From Candidatus Methylomirabilota bacterium (lineage in GTDB: Bacteria > Methylomirabilota > Methylomirabilia > Rokubacteriales > CSP1-6), in contig JBKPAK010000116.1 in NCBI GenBank assembly GCA_046726415.1, positions 1 to 12,167 on the forward strand: a stretch of DNA of 12,167 nucleotides, in the 5' to 3' direction. Positions 7,192 to 12,167 of this stretch are shown here, one piece after another. Each line of letters begins with the position of its first letter. The stretch's first letter is position 1. Made by a program: the position numbers and the translations under genes. The notes beneath the pieces are model-generated. The model was not told the origin of the DNA. It saw only the letters and a list, made by a program, of their open reading frames with translations, and did no database searches.

Positions 7192-8271
7192 TCATTGGCG
7201 CCGGGGAGCCCACACGCTCGTGCCGCCGAAGCGCCGCTCCCAGCGTGGAACCACCTCCTTGTTGTAGACATTATCCGGGACTTCGCCGCGCAGCGCGCGG
7301 AGCACCGATTCCGTCGCCCAGCGGATGCCGGGACCGAGACCGCTGCCCGCGTTGGACGAGACCATGTGGGGAGAGAGGAGCACCATGTCCCCGAGGTTCC
7401 GCAGCGGGCTGTCCGCCGAGAGCGGCTCGTGCTCGAAGACGTCGAGGGCGGCCCCCGCGATCTGTCCGCGCTGCAGCGCCTCGATGAGGGCTGGCTCGTG
7501 CACACAGGATCCCCGGGAGGTATTGATGAGGATCGCGCTCGGCTTCATGAGGGCGATCTGCCTGGCGTCGATGAGGTGCCGGGTCTCCCGGGTGAGCACG
7601 ACGTGCAGGCTCACGACGTCGGATTCGCGGAGCAAGGTGTCGAGGTCCACGCGCGTCACCCCGTGCTCCGTGAAGGTGGAGTCCGCTACGTACGGGTCGG
7701 TGGCCAGGATCCTCATGTTCCACGGCCCCATGAGCGTGGCGATGCGGCGCCCGATCCTGCCCAGCCCGATCAGGCCGAGGGTGATGCCGGCGTAGCCGTC
7801 AGGGCGGGACCCGACATACCTTCCCTGGAGTGCGGGGTCGCGCCACCCGCCGCGCTCCTTCAGGTGCCGGTCGCGTTCCCGGACCTTCTTGAGCATGGTG
7901 AGCATGGCGGCAATCGCGCCCTCGGCCACGCCGCCCCAGTTCGATTCGGTGGGGCCGTGCGTGACCAGGATCCCCAGCTCGGTGGCCGCCTCGACGTCGA
8001 CGTCGTCAGTGCCGATCGTGTACTTGGCCACGATGCGGAGCCGATCCGAACTCTCCATGATCGCCCGGCTGATGGGCGCGTTCCGGATCGAAGTGCCCAT
8101 GAGCGCATCGCAGCCTTTGGCCATGGCCACCATCTCGGCTTCGCTGTTCCCCTGGGGCGTGTCCCAGGAGGCCTTGCCGAGGATCAACTCACATCGGTTC
8201 GCTTCGAGCGTCCGGTGCGTCTCCGGCGCTTCGTTCTCGGGGGCGAAGATGAACACCTTGGCCTCGCTCAT
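7192..8271 (-). CDS. D-isomer-specific 2-hydroxyacid dehydrogenase family protein (SerA/GhrB-like fold, no ACT domain), 359 aa
   Basis: Motifs: GLIGLGRIG, acidic DPY after beta-B (suggests NAD), SDVVSLH, MKPSAILINTSRG, catalytic R/E/H in SRG, LDVFEHEP and SPH. RBS GGAGGAG at 8278-8284 (- strand). Confidence 0.92.
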   Translation of the reverse strand: MSEAKVFIFAPENEAPETHRTLEANRCELILGKASWDTPQGNSEAEMVAMAKGCDALMGTSIRNAPISRAIMESSDRLRIVAKYTIGTDDVDVEAATELGILVTHGPTESNWGGVAEGAIAAMLTMLKKVRERDRHLKERGGWRDPALQGRYVGSRPDGYAGITLGLIGLGRIGRRIATLMGPWNMRILATDPYVADSTFTEHGVTRVDLDTLLRESDVVSLHVVLTRETRHLIDARQIALMKPSAILINTSRGSCVHEPALIEALQRGQIAGAALDVFEHEPLSADSPLRNLGDMVLLSPHMVSSNAGSGLGPGIRWATESVLRALRGEVPDNVYNKEVVPRWERRFGGTSVWAPRRQ

Positions 8272-8337
8272 CGCACACTCCTCCGTGTCGTTGTCGTCCG
8301 GCCCGAGGCCGGGAGCCTATCGCGACCCACGGCGTAG

Positions 8338-8367
8338 CTGATACAAAGGAGGCGAAGGGGCTGTCAA
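8338..8367 (-). promoter_or_regulatory. Candidate sigma70 promoter for the 2-hydroxyacid dehydrogenase
   Basis: Perfect TTGACA on the - strand (8362-8367), an 18-nt spacer, then an imperfect -10 TATCAG (8338-8343). It lies in a divergent intergenic region. Confidence 0.45.
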
Positions 8368-8399
8368 GGCCCCGCGCCGCCCCAACGAAGGAGGCAACC

Positions 8400-9434
8400 A
8401 TGGCCGAGTTCCCCGTGATCGATGCCGATGGCCACATCACCGAGTCGAGCGAGCAGCTTCGGCCCTATTTCGAAGGTTCGCCGGCCGAGCGGGCGCTCTG
8501 GACCGGTCGGCGCTCGTATTATCCGGAAGACGGCTGGGACCGCTCGCTCGGCGGGCGGCTGGGGAGCAACGTGAGCGATGCGAAGTCGTGGCTGCGCATC
8601 ATGGATGAGGGAGGGCTGGACACCGCCATCCTCTATCCCACCGCCGGTCTCGGTATCGGGTTGGTGCGGGAGCCGGATTTCGCCGTCGCTCTCTGCCGCG
8701 CCTACAACAACTTCGTCCACCAAGAATTCCTCACCGTGAGCCCGCGCCTGAAGGCGGTGGCGCTGCTGCCCTTCCAGGACGTGCCGGAGGCGGTGACGGA
8801 GCTGCGCCGCGCGGTCAGCGAGCTCGGGATGGTGGGCGCCTTCGCCCCCGCGGTGGGCCTGCGATTGCCGCTCGGGCGTCCGGAATTTCATCCGATCTAC
8901 GCGGAGGCGGAGCGACTTGGATCGATGGTGGCCAGTCATGCGACCGTGCGGGGAGCCCATCTGTTCGGGGCGGACGGGTTTGACAAGTTCATCGAGGTGC
9001 ACACGCTCTCCCATCCGGTGGCCCAGATGATCCAGCTCACCGGCATGATCTTCGAGGGAGTGCCGGAGAAGTATCCACGCCTGCGGATCGGCTTCATGGA
9101 GGGCGGCTGCTCCTGGCTCCCGTTCTGGATGGACCGCATGGATGAGGAGTGGGAGAAGCGGGGCGAGGTGGAAGCCCCGCTGTGCACCAAGAAGCCAAGC
9201 GACTATGTGAAAGGCGGCCAGCTTTACTTCGCCGCGGAGGGGGACGAGGGCTCGGTGCCCGAGGTGGTGCGCCGACTCGGCGACGACATCGTCTTCTATG
9301 CCACCGACGTCCCCCACTGGGACCATGACTATCCCGAGAACCTCCATGAGATGGCGTCGCGGGAGGATTTGAGCCCGGCGAGCCGGCGGAAAATCCTCAG
9401 TGACAACGCCCGGCGCATGTACGGAGGGGCGTAG
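8400..9434 (+). CDS. Amidohydrolase-fold (Amidohydro_2-type) metalloprotein, 344 aa; candidate dinuclear oxygenase
   Basis: Motifs: VIDADGHITE, GLDTAILYPTAG, CRAYNNF, VASHA, YPRLRIGFMEGGCSWLPFWMDRMD, ATDVPHWD, RRKILSDNARRMY. RBS AAGGAGG upstream. Confidence 0.92.
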   Translation: MAEFPVIDADGHITESSEQLRPYFEGSPAERALWTGRRSYYPEDGWDRSLGGRLGSNVSDAKSWLRIMDEGGLDTAILYPTAGLGIGLVREPDFAVALCRAYNNFVHQEFLTVSPRLKAVALLPFQDVPEAVTELRRAVSELGMVGAFAPAVGLRLPLGRPEFHPIYAEAERLGSMVASHATVRGAHLFGADGFDKFIEVHTLSHPVAQMIQLTGMIFEGVPEKYPRLRIGFMEGGCSWLPFWMDRMDEEWEKRGEVEAPLCTKKPSDYVKGGQLYFAAEGDEGSVPEVVRRLGDDIVFYATDVPHWDHDYPENLHEMASREDLSPASRRKILSDNARRMYGGA

Positions 9435-9472
9435 ACCAGGAGGGCGTGGACTGGAACACGGTGAGGATGTGC

Positions 9473-10495
9473 TCAGCCGCTCCGCACGCGCGGGAACACC
9501 TCTTCGGCGAGCATGTGAAGCTCCTCGAGAGCAAGGCTCTGCGGCATGCCCGGCCATTGGACGCTCATGATCAGGTGATTGATGCCGGTGGTCCGGTTCA
9601 GCGCGAGCATCTGCTCGGCCACCTCGTCGGGTGAGCCGAGCAAAAAGCGGTCGCGGATCAAGTCGTCGAAATCGGCGCCGAGATCGTTGTCGCCCTCGGG
9701 CATAGCCCGGCTCTGCCCCCACTGGTCGTAGGCCTGGTACTTCGCGGCCAGGAAGGGCGCGCACAATCGGATCGCCTCTGCCCGCGACCGGGCCACGAAC
9801 ACCTCGCGCCGGGCCGGGAATTCGTCGGGGAAGGGCTTGTCGTACTCATCGAGGGCGCGCTTGTAGACCTCGACCTGGCGGGCGATGGTGTCGAGGCGGT
9901 TGTGCGGGTTGACGTACCAGCAATCGCCGAGCCGCGCGGCGCGTCGGATGGCCGGGTCGGCATTGGCACCGATCCAGATCGGTGGATGCGGCTTCTGCAC
10001 GGGCTTGGTGGCCACGGATGCCCCCCGCAGGGTGAAGTGTGAGCCGACCATGTCCAGCACGCCCTCGGTCCACAGTCGCTTGACGGCGTCCAGGTTCTCC
10101 TCGAAGCGCTTCACGCGCTCCTTCTGGGTGGTGCCAAAGGCGAGGAATTCCACGTCGCGGTAGCCCAGGGCGACGCCGAAGATGACTCGGCCGCCGCTCA
10201 TGACATCGATAGTGGCGATCTGCTCGGCGATGTCGAGCGGCTTGTGGAGCGACAGCAGCACGAGCCCGAAGTTCAGGCGCAGGGCGGGCGCTTCGGCCAT
10301 CACCCGACAGAGGAAGGGAAACTGTTGAAAATCCTGCCAGGGCGCGGCGCTGTAGTGCATACCCTTGGTGATCGAGGAATAGCCGAGCGCGTCGGCCAGG
10401 CGCGCCTGCTCCAGGAGCTCCTGGAACCGCGCCTGCATGTCGTCCCCGCCCGGGAACTGGGCCCGCATCATCAGCCCGAACTGCATGCCGGTCAT
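9473..10495 (-). CDS. LLM-class (luciferase-like) flavin-dependent oxidoreductase, about 340 aa
   Basis: Motifs: QARLADALGY, PLDIAEQIATIDVMSGGRVIFGVALGYR, PVQKPHPPIWIGA..AIRRAARLGD, LGSPDEVAE, LAEEVFP. The start is either 10495 or 10486 (weak RBS). Confidence 0.9.
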   Translation of the reverse strand: MTGMQFGLMMRAQFPGGDDMQARFQELLEQARLADALGYSSITKGMHYSAAPWQDFQQFPFLCRVMAEAPALRLNFGLVLLSLHKPLDIAEQIATIDVMSGGRVIFGVALGYRDVEFLAFGTTQKERVKRFEENLDAVKRLWTEGVLDMVGSHFTLRGASVATKPVQKPHPPIWIGANADPAIRRAARLGDCWYVNPHNRLDTIARQVEVYKRALDEYDKPFPDEFPARREVFVARSRAEAIRLCAPFLAAKYQAYDQWGQSRAMPEGDNDLGADFDDLIRDRFLLGSPDEVAEQMLALNRTTGINHLIMSVQWPGMPQSLALEELHMLAEEVFPRVRSG

Positions 10496-10510
10496 GGCCG
10501 CCGCTGCCTG

Positions 10511-11098
10511 TCAGCCTCGCGTCGTCGGCGCGTGCGCGCGAGCCAGATTGTTGGGCTCGTGGTCGCCGGCCAGCCAGCGAGCGAGCTCAGCGTGGGCGTC
10601 CGTGCGGCGCCGGGCATTGATCTCGGCGACGTTGTCGGGATCCACGGTGAACTCGACCCTGAGTCCGTCCGGGCTCGTGACGTAGAGCGATAGGCAATAG
10701 CCGTGATCGGTCTGACGTCGGGGGATGTCGGCGCCGGCCAGGCGCCCATCGATCTCGTCGAAGGTCTTCCGGTCCACTTTGAGGGCGATGTGCTGGAACC
10801 GGGCGACTTCCGGGTACACCGCCTTGGATCGCTCGTATATCTCGTCGTCGGCGAACTGGAAGAAGGCCAGCGCGCCGCCGTCGGCCAACCCGAAGAACGT
10901 GTGGCAGTACGCGACTTCGCGCTGGAGTTCGGTGTTGAAGACGCGTTCGCACCACGTGGCGACAAGGGGCAGGCCGAGTACGTCCTCGAAGAACGCTCGA
11001 TTCACCTCCTGGTCACGCACGACGAACGCATAGTGGTGGAGCCGCAGCGGCAATTGCGAGAGCAGGGTTGGTCCCGCCTGAGGGTCACGAGCGCCCAT
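10511..11098 (-). CDS. VOC-superfamily (glyoxalase/bleomycin-resistance/extradiol dioxygenase fold) protein, 195 aa
   Basis: Motifs: LHHYAF..FFEDVLGLPL, CHTFF..ALAFFQF, HIALKV, SLYVTSPDGLRVEF, giving candidate metal ligands His/His/His/Glu. Strong RBS AGGAGGAG at 11105-11112. It ends 15 nt from the downstream LLM gene. Confidence 0.88.
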   Translation of the reverse strand: MGARDPQAGPTLLSQLPLRLHHYAFVVRDQEVNRAFFEDVLGLPLVATWCERVFNTELQREVAYCHTFFGLADGGALAFFQFADDEIYERSKAVYPEVARFQHIALKVDRKTFDEIDGRLAGADIPRRQTDHGYCLSLYVTSPDGLRVEFTVDPDNVAEINARRRTDAHAELARWLAGDHEPNNLARAHAPTTRG

Positions 11099-11144
11099 GG
11101 TCAGCTCCTCCTGTACAGTGGCATGACGCTTGCCCTGCCGCCCG

Positions 11145-11150
11145 ATTGTA
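11145..11150 (-). promoter_or_regulatory. Candidate -10 (TACAAT) for the VOC-LLM unit
   Basis: attgta on + reads TACAAT on -, about 47 nt upstream of the VOC start. No convincing -35. Confidence 0.4.
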
Positions 11151-11192
11151 TGCCGTTCGGGTTGCGGTGGCGGCCCTCATGGCGTTGGGCCC

Positions 11193-11221
11193 TTGCCTGG
11201 CGGACGCAGGCCCTTTACTCT
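11193..11221 (+). promoter_or_regulatory. Candidate sigma70 promoter of purC
   Basis: TTGCCT (11193-11198), a 17-nt spacer, then TACTCT (11216-11221), 27 nt before the purC ATG. Confidence 0.55.
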
Positions 11222-11248
11222 TCGGCCAGCACCGTCACGGGGTGATCC

Positions 11249-12109
11249 ATGGCTGACCTGGCGCACGTGGGAAGCGGCAAGGTGCGGGAGCTGTACGCCC
11301 TCGATGACCAGCGTCTGCTGCTCGTCGCGACCGATCGCATTTCGGTCTTCGACGTCGTGCTGCCGACCGACATCCCAGACAAGGGACGGGTGCTCACCGG
11401 GCTCGCCGCCTTTTGGTTTGCTCGCACGCGCGCGATCTGCCCGAACCACCTGCTCGCAGTCCGGCCGGATGGCCGCTCCACCGAGTGCCGGCGCCTCGAG
11501 ATGTTGCCGATCGAGTGCGTGGTGCGCGGCTACCTGTCTGGATCGGGGTGGAGGGACTACCGGGCCTTCGGGGAGGTCTGCGGGCACCGGCTCCCCCCGG
11601 GGCTGCGCGAGTCGGACCAGCTGCCCGAACCGCTCTTCACGCCGGCGACGAAGGCGCGGAGTGGCCACGACGAGAACATCACGCGGGCGAGGGCGGTGGA
11701 ACTCGTCGGCGTCACGCGCTTCGACGAGGTCGAGCGGGTCTCCCTCGCGCTCTATCGCTTCGCCGCCGACCGGGCCCGGGAGCGCGGGATCATCATCGCC
11801 GACACGAAGTTCGAGTTCGGCCTCGATCGCGACGGCCAGCTCGTGCTCGGTGACGAGGTGCTGACCCCGGATTCGTCGCGTTTCTGGCCGGCCGATGCGT
11901 ATGTGCCTGGCGGCCCTCAGCCGTCGTTCGACAAACAGTTCGCCCGCGACTTCTGCGAGCAGACCGGGTGGAACAAGACCTACCCCGGCCCCCATCTTCC
12001 CGTCGCGGTTGTCGCCGGCACCCGAGCGCGCTACGTCGAAGCCTTCGAGCGGCTGACCGGAATCCGCTTCGACGCCTACCTCGCCGAGCCCCAGGTCGCG
12101 CTCTCGTGA
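11249..12109 (+). CDS. purC: Phosphoribosylaminoimidazole-succinocarboxamide (SAICAR) synthase, long Ade1/actinobacterial-type, 286 aa
   Basis: Motifs: SGKVRELY, VATDRISVFDVV, IPDKGRVLT, PIECVVRGYLSGSGW, FTPATKA..GHDENI, IIADTKFEFG, DEVLTPDSSRFW, SFDKQF. SD-like GGGGTGA just upstream. Confidence 0.97.
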   Translation: MADLAHVGSGKVRELYALDDQRLLLVATDRISVFDVVLPTDIPDKGRVLTGLAAFWFARTRAICPNHLLAVRPDGRSTECRRLEMLPIECVVRGYLSGSGWRDYRAFGEVCGHRLPPGLRESDQLPEPLFTPATKARSGHDENITRARAVELVGVTRFDEVERVSLALYRFAADRARERGIIIADTKFEFGLDRDGQLVLGDEVLTPDSSRFWPADAYVPGGPQPSFDKQFARDFCEQTGWNKTYPGPHLPVAVVAGTRARYVEAFERLTGIRFDAYLAEPQVALS

Positions 12110-12167
12110 GTCCGGGGGCCGAGCTCGCCGCCACTCGCTACACGGGCGGGCGCTACGATGGTGCACA

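Noticed and set aside
4200-8271. Gene symbols garR/mmsB, hcaE/hcaF or bphA1/A2, serA
   Set aside because: These are family-level matches only. Motif deviations and context do not support orthology.
11099-11248. Purine-related riboswitch (ZTP, purine, PRPP/ykkC) upstream of purC
   Set aside because: I see no recognisable consensus elements, and the promoter candidate leaves only about a 20-nt leader. An Rfam/Infernal scan would settle it.
12154-12159. TACGAT, a possible -10 for a gene beyond the window
   Set aside because: There is no -35 and the downstream context is cut off, so it cannot be supported.
6477-12166. Other overlapping ORFs (6477-7505, 7195-8337, 8364-9764, 11130-11864, 11177-12166 and the short Arg/Pro-rich ones)
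   Set aside because: They are alternative or antisense frames of real genes, with low-complexity R/P/A/G composition and no domain signatures.
1-12167. tRNA/rRNA, CRISPR arrays, IS elements/integrases, tandem repeats, frameshifted pseudogenes
   Set aside because: None seen by eye. Intergenic gaps are 150 nt or less, and all 12 CDSs appear intact and full length.

Overview
GC-rich bacterial DNA, almost fully coding, with 12 complete CDSs. Positions 98-11098 form an accessory oxidative/catabolic gene block. It contains a hot-dog thioesterase (-), a six-gene (+) run (two amidohydrolase-fold proteins, a luciferase-like monooxygenase (LLM), a beta-hydroxyacid dehydrogenase, and Rieske oxygenase alpha and beta subunits), a D-2-hydroxyacid dehydrogenase (-), a third amidohydrolase-fold protein (+), and a VOC + LLM pair (-). 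The housekeeping gene purC (+) ends the window. The most interesting signal is that all three 'amidohydrolases' carry D-x-H ... H ... E ... D-x-P-H-x-D instead of the hydrolase H-x-H motif. From memory, this is the ligand pattern of the amidohydrolase-related dinuclear (Fe/Mn) oxygenases such as PtmU3 and AibH1H2. If that holds, the block encodes up to six putative O2-activating proteins or systems, yet no ferredoxin, reductase, transporter or regulator is visible in the window. I see no RNA genes, mobile elements, CRISPR arrays or long repeats. All functional calls come from reading motifs by eye; no database searches were run, and substrates cannot be assigned from sequence alone.
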